A DNA stretch of 59,733 bases, counting the filler, from Asterionella formosa (taxonomy: Eukaryota): the NCBI GenBank assembly GCA_002256025.1. It is 10 parts of 10 records of this genome, joined end to end, with 100 filler letters (N's around TTAATTAATTAA, not from the genome) between each part and the next. Parts side by side here need not be neighbours in the genome. Positions count along the whole stretch, not along the records: positions 35,926 to 41,805 come from NKIB01012899.1; positions 41,906 to 47,782 come from NKIB01012900.1; positions 47,883 to 53,758 come from NKIB01012901.1; 7 more parts are not named here. One strand, written 5' to 3'. Positions 37,312 through 48,092 of this stretch are shown piece after piece (position 1 is the stretch's first letter; each line of letters begins with the position of its first letter). A model generated the notes under the pieces. It had not been told where the DNA came from and searched no databases. It saw only the letters and a list, made by a program, of their open reading frames with translations. The position numbers and the translations under genes were made by a program.

Positions 37312-39601
37312 ATGAAAGAAGACAGCAAGGAAGTCAAGAAAGGCAGCCAATATGATCACGTACGAACAGTGAAACTTTCTCTCGCTGCAAAAAAGGAAAG
37401 TGTTGATGCCAGGATACCTTTTGCTCAAGAAGCAAAGGAGGAAGAAAGAGCTCGGGACTCTGAATCTTCACATGGAGAAGACATTAATGGGAAGGAATAT
37501 GTCAACCAAAGGGCTGGGCCAGGGTCTAACATTTCTTACCAGAATCCTTCCACGGTGGTGGAAGATGAAGAGTCAGCACCTCTGCCAACAGATTCTGAAG
37601 CCGTTGCGGTGGGAGGGAGTGGTCGTGAAAATCCTGATGCAGAACTCACAAACGATGAATTGAATGTAGAGGAGACCCATGGAATCGATCAACATCCACT
37701 TGCTATTCGTGGCACAGAGGAAGGCCAACAGGAGATCGTGAATGCGACTCCTATTGATGAATCTACCCCTGTTTTCTTTACCACTGTGACGGCCATCGAC
37801 GCTGAAGCTGAAGCAAAGGCCCAACGTCGCCGTAGCATGATTAATATCATGGTATCTTGTGGACTCACAAGTCTTGTTGCAATTGTAGTGGTTGTCCTTG
37901 CAGTTGTGCTTCCTCGGAACAAGTCAAGCAATCAGACATTGGCTCCTTTCACATCGAATCCAACCTCCATTCCTCCATCACCAAGTCCAACGTCTGCTCT
38001 GTTCTCCTTATTATCTAAAAACTCGTTTGATAATGGGACTGCACTTTTGACTGACGGCTCCCCACAGCAGCAGGCAATGATCTGGTTAGAAAGTGAGCAC
38101 GGTACTGCAGAAATCATGGATACTGCTGAGTTGCTCCAAATCTATGCATTGGTGACCCTTTATTATGCAAGCTCTGGAGACCAGTGGCTCAACCGTGGTT
38201 CAAATGACCAAGTCAGTGGCAGGTCATTGTGGCTATTGAGTATCTACAATTTTTGTGATTGGTTTGGATTGACATGCAATGCAGATAGAAGCCAGGTCAT
38301 TTCGATAGATTTGCACAACAATACTTTAATGGGGTTTATTCCCCCGGAAGTTGGTCTTTTATCAAACTTAGGTAAGAAAATAAACACAGCAAGAGACAAA
38401 AACTAATCATTGAAGATCGCTCACTAATGAAATGAGTCACATAATTTTACGACAAAGAATTGTTTTCCTTGACAAATAATTTTCTAAGTGGATCATTACC
38501 AAGTGAACTTGGTCTACTGACAAGTGTTACAGGGTTATTTGTAAACGAGAACGAGCTTATTGGCCCAACTCCAAAGGAGCTTGGAAAGTTGACAAACATC
38601 ACAAAATTGTTATTGAATGATAACAAGTTGACCGGAACACTTCCAACAGAAATTGGCCAATTGACTAACCTTGTTGTTGCCTTGTTTCTACAAAATAATT
38701 TTTTGACGGGAATGATTCCAACAGAGGTTGGATTCTTGACAAGTCTAATGGCATTGTATATCTTCAAGAATTCATTCACTGGTACTATTCCTACAGAGAT
38801 TGGCAATTTGATAAGTCTAACTGATTTTGAAGCAAATGACAACATATTCAATGGGACAATTCCTACAGAGATTGGACTTTTGACAGATCTGACATATATG
38901 TTTCTATTAAGTAACCAGTTGACTGGTGCAATTCCCTCAGAAATTGGCAATTTGACAAACCTCATAGAATTTGGAGCCTACAAGAACCAGTTAAATAGAG
39001 CACTTCCTACAGAGATTGGACTCTTGACAGATCTAACAAGATTGTTTCTATATGATAATCAATTGACTGGTACACTTCCGACAGAAATTGGCAATTTGAG
39101 AAATGTTGTAGATTTTGAAGCAAGCTTAAACAATTTCAATGGAACACTTCCTACAGAGATTGGATTCTTGACAAGTCTAATGACATTGTATATCTATAAC
39201 AATTCATTCACTGATACCATTCCTACAGAGATTGGCAATTTGGCAAGTCTCAAAGATTTTCAAGCAGACACAAACCAGTTCAATGGCAGTCTTCCTACAG
39301 AGATTGGATACTTCACAAATCTAACGAAATTGTATATTCACTCCAATAAGTTTACTGGTGCAATTCCCACAGAAATTGGTCTCATGTCTTCATTGAGTAA
39401 GTTTTGTATCTCAAACTTGCATTTCTTGACCATTTGTCCTCATATTTCACTTTCTTGACAGCCTTATTATTTTTTGGAAAGAACAATTTTACAGGGCCGG
39501 TTCCAACAGAAGTATGTAGTATTGCACCATTAGAGGGCATTTATTTTTGCCCACCACTAATTTGTAACTGTGGTAGCTACTGTAAAGAGTTTTGTGATTG
39601 A
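37312..39601 (+). CDS. Type II TM leucine-rich-repeat receptor-like protein; 3 exons, introns 38372-38457 and 39397-39461
   Basis: Acidic cytosolic N-terminus, TM, Pro-rich stalk, LRRNT-like cap (FCDWFGLTC), ~14 plant-type 24-aa LRRs (GxIPTEIGxL) and a Cys cap; both GTAAG..AG introns keep frame. Confidence 0.92.
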
Positions 39602-39855
39602 TCATTTTTAATCTGATGATGTGTGTACATGCATACTAATTTTCTTTCTTAAAGCTGCCAGAATGCCAGATAACCACTGATGAAACACCAAGCATCTAAT
39701 ACTAGTAATAATTCGATTCATTTATAATCATTTTAAATATTAGTGAATTGTTTGTCCATTTTCTGTCATGGAATCTTAGCATGGCATTGTTTGGTGTTGG
39801 CATGGGCGATTCATCAAAATAAATCGACTTGCTTGCCTGTGGAGCAGTCCATCGT

Positions 39856-40361
39856 TTACTGGGACCCCACTTCTAAATTGGAAAATAATGTGAGACCAAC
39901 TGGTGATATTTCAGGAAAGCGATCCCACAGTTTTGCTGGTGAAACTATGGTGGGAAGTTCAATGGTCTCATTTGCAATCAAGGGTAGTTCTAAAATACCT
40001 GGCCATATGCCCTCATGTGCTGGTGTGCCTAGTTCATTGAACAGTGGTGTTCCGATCATTTCCATCTCTGTCTTGAAATTCCAAAGTGGTGTTCCCAATA
40101 GCAGTTCTCCCATGACACAGCCAGCTCCCCAAATGTCGATGGACTCATCATACCTGGAAGCATCCAACAACATCTCTAGTGGTCGATACCACAATGACAT
40201 CACCTGGGGGGTCACTGGTACTTTGTACTTGCACCTCAGTCCAGAGTCTGCCAATTTAAGCTCACCATCATACAGCAAATTGGCGAGCTTTAAATCACGA
40301 TGTACAATGTTTTGAGCATGAATAAATTCCAGCGCAGAGAAGAGTTGCAACAAGAGACGCT
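39856..40361 (-). pseudogene. CDK10/11-like kinase C-lobe fragment
   Basis: HRDLKLANLL, TPQVMSLWYRP and IDIWGAGCVMGELL; DFG reads DSG, short deletions are apparent, and the N-lobe is replaced by an LTR. Confidence 0.8.
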
Positions 40362-40895
40362 TGTGAGGGAAACCAGCAAATATTCAGACGAATAAAGACA
40401 GCTTGACAATAACCAAAGTAAGACGCAAATCAATAACAGTTTAGTCTAGTTCCAATGATATGTATCATAATCATTAGGCATTGTCTGCAATAACACGCTA
40501 GCCTGTCCATGAGGGAAACCGACGAATATCCGTAAATAAACGCAGTTTGTTATAATCAGTAAGACAGTAGACACAGGGGAATAAGTCTAATTTTAATTAT
40601 ATGATCGTAACAAGTATTTTGCTTTATCTAGAATAACCCAAGCCAGGCAAATACTCGCCAATAAAATGGCGTAAAACGAAGACCCATAAGCCTTCAGATA
40701 TTCAGGAATGATGAGTGCATACATCGCACAAAAAGCCCATTACAGACGATAGTCCAATCGCCATCAGAACACCCTGAAGGAGACCTACAGATGAACCTCG
40801 AATGTCCACCATCACAAACACCAAGAACTTAAATCGGTGGCAAGTTACAAATCGAATTCAAAATCATAACCCGAAAATCCATCAGATATCTCACA
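40362..40895 (-). mobile_element. Copia 3' LTR (534 bp)
   Basis: TGTGAG...CTCACA termini; PPT ATAAGGGAG directly upstream on the minus strand. Confidence 0.85.
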
Positions 40896-40934
40896 CTCCC
40901 TTATTCGAGCAGACAACTTTCACAGATTTAAAGG

Positions 40935-41805
40935 TCACCAGCGTTGCAACGACTTGCGATGACGCAAGAATGCCACCACAGGGAGTGGCTTGGTAAAAAT
41001 ATCAGCCACCTGGTCTTCAGTCGCAACGTGCTCAATGCTGATGAGCTTGCGCTGCACATGATCACGAAAGTGATGGTATTTAATGTTGATGTGTTTGGTG
41101 CGGGGGCGCATCTTGGGAGTGCGGGCTAACTCCAATGCCCCGGAATTATCCTTGAACAAGGTGCAGCGGACAGCTGGAACCGATATCACATCTTTATCAA
41201 GCTTGTCCCTGACCTCAGCCAGCAAATTCATAAGCGGAATGGTGTCCCGAAGAGATTGGCTGAGGCACACATATTCCGCCTCAGTGGTGGACAGAGCCAC
41301 CTCGGTCTGCAACTTTGATGCCCACAACACCGGACAGGATGCATAAGTAATCGCATATCCGGATCGAGACTTGGCTGTCATCGTATCACTCACGCTCGTG
41401 TCTCTGTTCCAATTTCCGCAAAAATCAGCATCCGCCCACACCACGAAAGAGTGCTCATTAGGCTGCAGCACGATTCCTTGTGCCGGCGTCCCTATCAAGT
41501 AGCGAACGATGTTACGGACTGCCGCAGCATGGGATGCCTTTGGATTAGCCGAAAAACGGGCACATTGGTGCACAGCGTATGCTATGTCAGGAGGAGTGGA
41601 TTTCTCCAGAAAATTGAGCTTTCCAATGATGGATCGATATGACCAGTGTTCAGCAAAATCTTCACCGGTGAGATCCCACTGCAGAATAACGGTGGGTGAT
41701 GCCGGAACTCCCTTAGATTTGGTCTTGTTGGTAAAGCCAATATCATCGGCTATAGAAGCAATGAGATGGGGTTGAGTCAAGGAGATAGTAGCAGCATCTT
41801 CAGAT
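40935..41805 (-). mobile_element. Ty1/Copia RT end plus RNase H, open frame to contig end
   Basis: YRSIIGKLNFL, PDIAYAVHQCARF, WADADFCG, ALSTTEAEY, RTKHINIKYHHFR and ADIFTKPL. Confidence 0.96.
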
Positions 41806-42366
41806 NNNNNNNNNNNNNNNNNNNNNNNNNNNNNNNNNNNNNNNNNNNNTTAATTAATTAANNNNNNNNNNNNNNNNNNNNNNNNNNNNNNNNNNNNNNN
41901 NNNNNTGTTCAATGCAATATTCCTGAAACCCAGGGGCCAATCACAGTTGTTGCACTATGCAAAAGCAGCATACCCTGTCTCAAAACTCTTCAATGGCCAT
42001 GTTTGTAAATCATATAAATAGTTGAATTTATCGATACATAAGAACTCAGCACGCAAAGGCGAAGGTTTGAAGGGATGATATATCAATGTCCTCAATGGCA
42101 TGAAGTTTGGGATTGACTGCTTGGCAGTATGGGTCACAGATGATAAGGGAATATGAGTGGGGATTGGAAGGGAAATATTCAATATAGGCCGCTTATTGCA
42201 CCTTGGAAATGATGAGACAAATCAAACAGAATCATCATAAAATAATTGCCCTCAAAATGAATATCAAGAAATCTATTCTTCATCACTATCATAGAGAAGC
42301 TTTTCGTCCCCAAGAACAAGCATTGCTAGCTTTTGCGTATGGAAGAGTCTCACTTTCATCGGTAAT

Positions 42367-42725
42367 GGCCTGTTCCATTGAGACCATATGTAGTGATGAG
42401 AGACGAAGAGCCATTGCCACTGACATTTAGTTTGCCCTCGGAGGCGTTTCCAGAACAACACAATTACCGACACCACCAAGACCCCCTGTACACCTTGGGA
42501 CCCGCATGGCCTTTGACATGTTTTAGCCAACACAGCTAGTGTGCTCCCTGCAAGGAAACTTTAATACTGTGCATCGAGTGGCACAAGAAGAACGAAAAGA
42601 AGTACTGTCCAGATGTCCCAAATTGTTGCTGGACGAATTGGAATTGGGCGAAAGTGTGCATCCTAAGGACATACAAGTAAGTGACTACAAATGCTGATTG
42701 GGTATATTAATAAAACAATATCCAA
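42367..42725 (+). pseudogene. Inverted, internally deleted duplicate fragment of the 43501-45057 gene
   Basis: Matches the minus strand of ~44660-44552 joined to ~44263-44030; includes the start of the intron; carries small indels and a stop. Confidence 0.9.
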
Positions 42726-43500
42726 TATGATGATGGAACTGCCACTTGATGATATAGAACTGCATCCAACCACATATTGGGTTATGCGGGTCAATGAATT
42801 TTCAAGGGTCATCATTTTCAAGAATAAAGGAATAGTTTCAATGAAAATCTTCAGGACACTCATGTTGCAACCAGCCACTCCCACTTATCTTGGCCATGAT
42901 AGTTGAATCTATAACCAAATGAAAATTGTTTATTTTTTCGTAATTCATAAAGATATGAAAAATGTTGGAACTTTGTTAACAAGGCAGTAATATCCGCAAC
43001 AGTATGGTACTGTTACCTGCCAAGTATACTCCCAACTAGACTACCAGTAGTCATAGACCTATGTTAATTCATCTGTTTATAGTATACATGGTAGTTCTTC
43101 AATGTCAATTGTTGCCAATGATGGAGTACCGGTATTAGCAAACAATGTATCATACTAGCTCTAATGAATATTTCCTTCCATTAAGTGATTCTTTGTTATA
43201 GTATATTATTTACAGTAAGTAGTATTGTAGGTTATGATTGTTGTCACATTTGGAATAGTTGTTGTTGTACTATTTACATGATGTGTGTTTTCGTTTGTGT
43301 TTGTGTGTTTGCTTTGTGCATAGAAAAGGTTTAGTCAAAATGTTCAAGAGCGTGACGAGACAGTGATGTCTCGTCACGAAAATGTACAAACGAGAACAGT
43401 GACAGGCCATGATCGAACAATGATGATGATGATGATACCAAACTCAGCAAGAGCATAGCATCTGTATCTATATATAAGTGTGTGTGTTTGTGTAGCAGGG

Positions 43501-45057
43501 CTACCACTGTTCAGCAACAGCAGCAGCACTTGCAGCATCAGTACCAAATGGTTCTGGAATTCTTGTAAAACAGAAAATAGTCCCCCGATGTCCTCTAACG
43601 ACACGAAGAGAGTCATCCAAATACAAGACGTCAACATAGGATACCCCATGTCCTCCCAGAGGTCGTTCAAAATCAAATTCCATACTCCCATCTGAGTTCA
43701 TAGACTTTGGAGGGTTGGCCCCCATGAGTAGATTCGCAGCCAAGCATCGAATCTTTTCTCCTAGTGATCTGGGAGTCAAGTGAGCATCATTCCCAAAGAA
43801 TCGATTCCATTCTCGTTGATCATCAATCGAGTCATTGGGTTCAATCCTTCCTCCAGTGAACCAAATGGAGAGTCTATTGGCAACATTGGGATCTGGTAGA
43901 ATGTATCCATAGGTGGTCATGATTCCCATAATGGGTCTTCGAATGTCCTTGTTTGGTGCATTTGGGAATTCTTGTTGGTGTGGTTCAATAGTAAAGGCAG
44001 TAATAATGCTGTGTATGTGTTAGAGTTGGATATTGTTTCAATATACCCAATCAGCATTTGTAGTCACGTACTTGTATGTCCTTAGGACACTTTCGCCCAA
44101 TTCCAATTCGTCCAGCAACGATTTGGGACATCTGGATAGCACTTCTTCTCGTTCTTCTTGTCCCACTCGATGTACAGGATTAAAGTTTCCTTGCAGGGAG
44201 CACACTAGCTGTGTTGGCAAAAACATGTCAAAGGCCATGCGTCCCAAGGTGTACAGGGGGTCTCCTCCTGGTGTTTGTCCCAATGTTCCAAAGTATGTGG
44301 CCTTGGACAAGGTGAGCCACATGCCTTCCATCCTGTTGTTGGAATCATAAGGATCATGTCCTGCCAGCAGCGTCAAGGATTGTTGTTGTTGTTGTTCATA
44401 CTCTTGTACCAATGGCAAGAGTGCATCTTCCACCATTTTCGTATCAACATTACCTGCACAACAAGCCAAGGCATGCAATAGTGCATCCTTGAGTGTTTCC
44501 AAGGAAGCAGGTGGTTGTTGAAGGACAAATGTCGGAATACAAGTGTCGTGATGGTGGTGTTGGTAATTGTGTTGTTCTGGAAATGCCTCCGAGGGCGAAT
44601 TAAACGTCAGTGGCGATGGCTGTTCGTCTCTCAGCACTACATATGGTCTCAATGGAACAGGCCTCAACACTTTCACTTGCATTGGAGCAGCTGAATGTAA
44701 ACTCTGAGAAGAAGTAGCTTGAGTATCTGAATCAGAAAACGGATTTGTTGATCGTTCCATGTAGTTGCCAGTATGACCAGTCTCTTGTTGCATGGTCCAC
44801 TTGCGATGCCATTCCATGGCATCCTCTCGGGCACATGTTAGTTCCTGACTGTCCATCGGTAGTCCAGTAGCATCTGCCAAGCTCAGCATGTTCATCAATG
44901 AGGAAGTCATGGATAATGTGGAAAGAGCTTCACATTGAGCTGCTTTGTTATTGCTGCTTCTGAAAGCAATTGGACGATGGAGAACAATCACATCTTCTTG
45001 ATGATGATGATGGTTGTGATGGTGGTGGTTGTCATGGGTATTGTTAATCGTTGCCAT
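43501..45057 (-). CDS. Conserved hypothetical protein with a C-terminal PAP-fibrillin/lipocalin-like motif and His-rich N-terminus; intron 44009-44071
   Basis: Removing GTACGT...CAG gives 497 aa (LRTYN-IITAFTIEP); YVDVLYLDDSLRVVRGHRG resembles the fibrillin C-terminal motif. Confidence 0.8.
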
Positions 45058-48000
45058 TGGATGGGGATCTCAAGCGCACTGCTGATCAGAATGATCAAGA
45101 GTGTTTTTTTTATTTTATTAACAAAAAATTGTGATTGGTATTTCTCATGTGTTGTCGCTAATCCATCTACCGGTATCGTAGGTAGAAATTCCAACAATGT
45201 GTACACACACATTCTCATGCACCGGTAGATACCTGGTACCAGGTACCCTAGTCTAGTCGTAGACTACCTGGTGCCTACTCGATATAGTAGCAGTACAATT
45301 GTTCGTATGGAATTTTTCTTGTACGAATGTGGGGTGGGCTCCTCCTGCCCATAACAACAAAACAATACAATCATCAATATTGACTTACGTACTTGGATCA
45401 TCCTTGATTTCGGACTTTTGGACGAAGCCAAACGAGTGCTTGTCGTCGAGGAGGAACATACTCGTCGGGGAATCCTTCATGTACCCTGGTACTAACATAC
45501 CGGTACAGCACGACACCAACACCTTTGCTGTACAAAAGAAAGTACCTGGTACCAATCATTTAAGTAAACGGTGTGTACATAGATTGAAATTGCAAAATGC
45601 TATATCAGACACTGTGCAGCCAGGAACCAGAATCCCATTGTAAACACGAGCCAGTGTCAATCATGATGTACGAACGGGGGTACCTGTTGAAGTAGAACTT
45701 ATAAGTATTTCTAGCTGGGGCAATAGAAGGTGCTTAGTAAGCACTATTCTGTCGGAGAATGAACGATAAGTAACGAAAAATTCGAAACAGAAGAGCCACC
45801 TGCTTGGGCAATAGGTGTTTTTTGGTACGCACCAGCATTTTGATAGTTCGTATATACTGTGTGTCCATCTGGAAACTGACAAAAGCCAAAATCAAATAGC
45901 CCTTCCGGAATGCCGGTCATGTAGTAAGAAAAGTTCGTCATTCAGACGAAGTCTGTATTAGTGATCGTGTCAAGCAATCATGTCGTCGTTCGAACCGACC
46001 AGCCGCAATATGTAAATCCTACCGTACTGGATGTTCCTGTAGTTGGACTACATACGGCAGCAAGACTACCGGTTGTATGTTATATAATGTACTGGGAGTT
46101 CCGGGAAAGTCCGAATATTGCGAATATTTGTCCGAACATGCAGACCGGGTACGGTATTTACCGGTAATCAAACAATATAACTGTAAATAAAATAAATACA
46201 GTATATAGGAGTATACCCGAGGTTAATTTTGTTTTATGATATTGTGTACATGTATTATGCCTTCTATCGGTAACAGGTACCTGGGAACCTTGGGGTAAAG
46301 ATAGCTAAATCTTTAGTTCCAGCAAAATTACCGGAACTTGCTGGTACCCTGGTACCTGGTATAACTCTCTGACTGTCGCGCGACGGTACCAGGGTACCTG
46401 GTATATACTCCAGGTACCTGTGACCTTAGTCCCTCCTTCCCGGTATATTGTATAAGTGGTATCAGAACTACCTACCGGTATACTGATACTGATTGTGAAG
46501 TTTGTACCTGGTACGATGAATGATCAGACATGCATATGAAGTAAATGAATGAATACCGGTATCCATTGGAGAATATGTAAAAAGGTACGGGTATAATAAT
46601 CACACATTATTAGAATAAAGCAATTAGTAATCGTTTTTCTATGTGTCCAGAAACATTTGGATTTGTCGTGATTCAATCAGTTGCAGTTTAAATCATGATC
46701 CGTTTATCCTTTACTAGTTTATCAGACCTTCTCTCACTCCCTGCTCCTTGGACTCATTGTACCTTGACGCCGATTTCATCTGGTCAAGGCCGCTTCTGAT
46801 TTGAACACCTCGTCAATGCATTGAAGCATTACGCCTCCAGAGTCTGCCCTTGAACGCATTTCCGGTTTTCCTCTCTCTACCTACAGCTCTTGGCACAGAG
46901 GTCCCATTTGCTTGTGCCCCCACCCCCACACACACCTTATTTGGTACCGAGTCTAAAAAGACACTCACCACTACACCCACAAGAGCATACAAAGGGCCCC
47001 CCTTCTTTCATTTTACACTTACTTCTGTTCCACCGTGTCCCTAGCCCTTCTGGATGCCCAGGACCTCTGGCTTGATGACCCTCTTGACATTGGTAGTGGC
47101 ACACCAGCCATGGTCGATCTCGCATATGCCGACTTCATGCTTGCTACAATGGGATTCCCACAAGACTTCATTGACCTTCTAATTGATGCCAGTATACATG
47201 ATTTCACCCTTGTAGGCATCTTTATTACTAAACCTATGATTTCCATGATCGACATCCTTACCCCAGAAGCGTTCACCACCCACCGCAATCACACGGTTCG
47301 CCTCCTTGTCCTTGCAACTGAACTCCATCCCAACCAGAGCCTCGCCAGTGTCCCAGTCACTGCACTTCCATCCATGTTCAATCCCGGTGCCTAACGGTCT
47401 CAGACTACCGATACCGGTATATAGATACCGGTAGTACCTGGTACCTGGTACCTGGTACAGTACATACGACTATTGTTACATTACCAGAATATCCTGCAGA
47501 TCGAGTCGGGCATACGTCCTTAGGCGGGCAGGTGCAGGTCCAAACGCTTTGCTTCGCATTGTGAAACCAAGATTCCGTTCCCTCATGTGATTCCACCTGG
47601 AATCTTTTTTTCTACTTGGAAAACATACCAGTGAAGTAGATGATGACGGTACCATTAGAACGGTATAATGGACTGTGCACATCAGTGACAGGATGCTACG
47701 TACTGGTAGGGAGAAACACGAAAACCTGGACGGATATATATGTTGAAATATATGGCGCCACTCTAGCGCGCTCCAGTACTGCNNNNNNNNNNNNNNNNNN
47801 NNNNNNNNNNNNNNNNNNNNNNNNNNTTAATTAATTAANNNNNNNNNNNNNNNNNNNNNNNNNNNNNNNNNNNNNNNNNNNNAAATGACGGATACACCTT
47901 GTATTAGAAAATGTTGTTACGCCCAGTACAAAAAATATCCGGCATTCTCGCGAGCAGAGTGCCTGGTTACTAACATGATTGCATCTTGTCGAATGCCGAC

Positions 48001-48092
48001 CTGCTCTACATGATGTAAACACACTTTATAGTCATTCACCCCGATCCACATGAAGCCGCTGTAGAGTCTACCAGCACGGCAATATCTATAAA

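Noticed and set aside
37312..40361. LRR receptor kinase formed by the LRR gene and the adjacent kinase
   Set aside because: They are on opposite strands, the kinase is a degenerate CDK-type fragment, and the LRR gene has its own stop.
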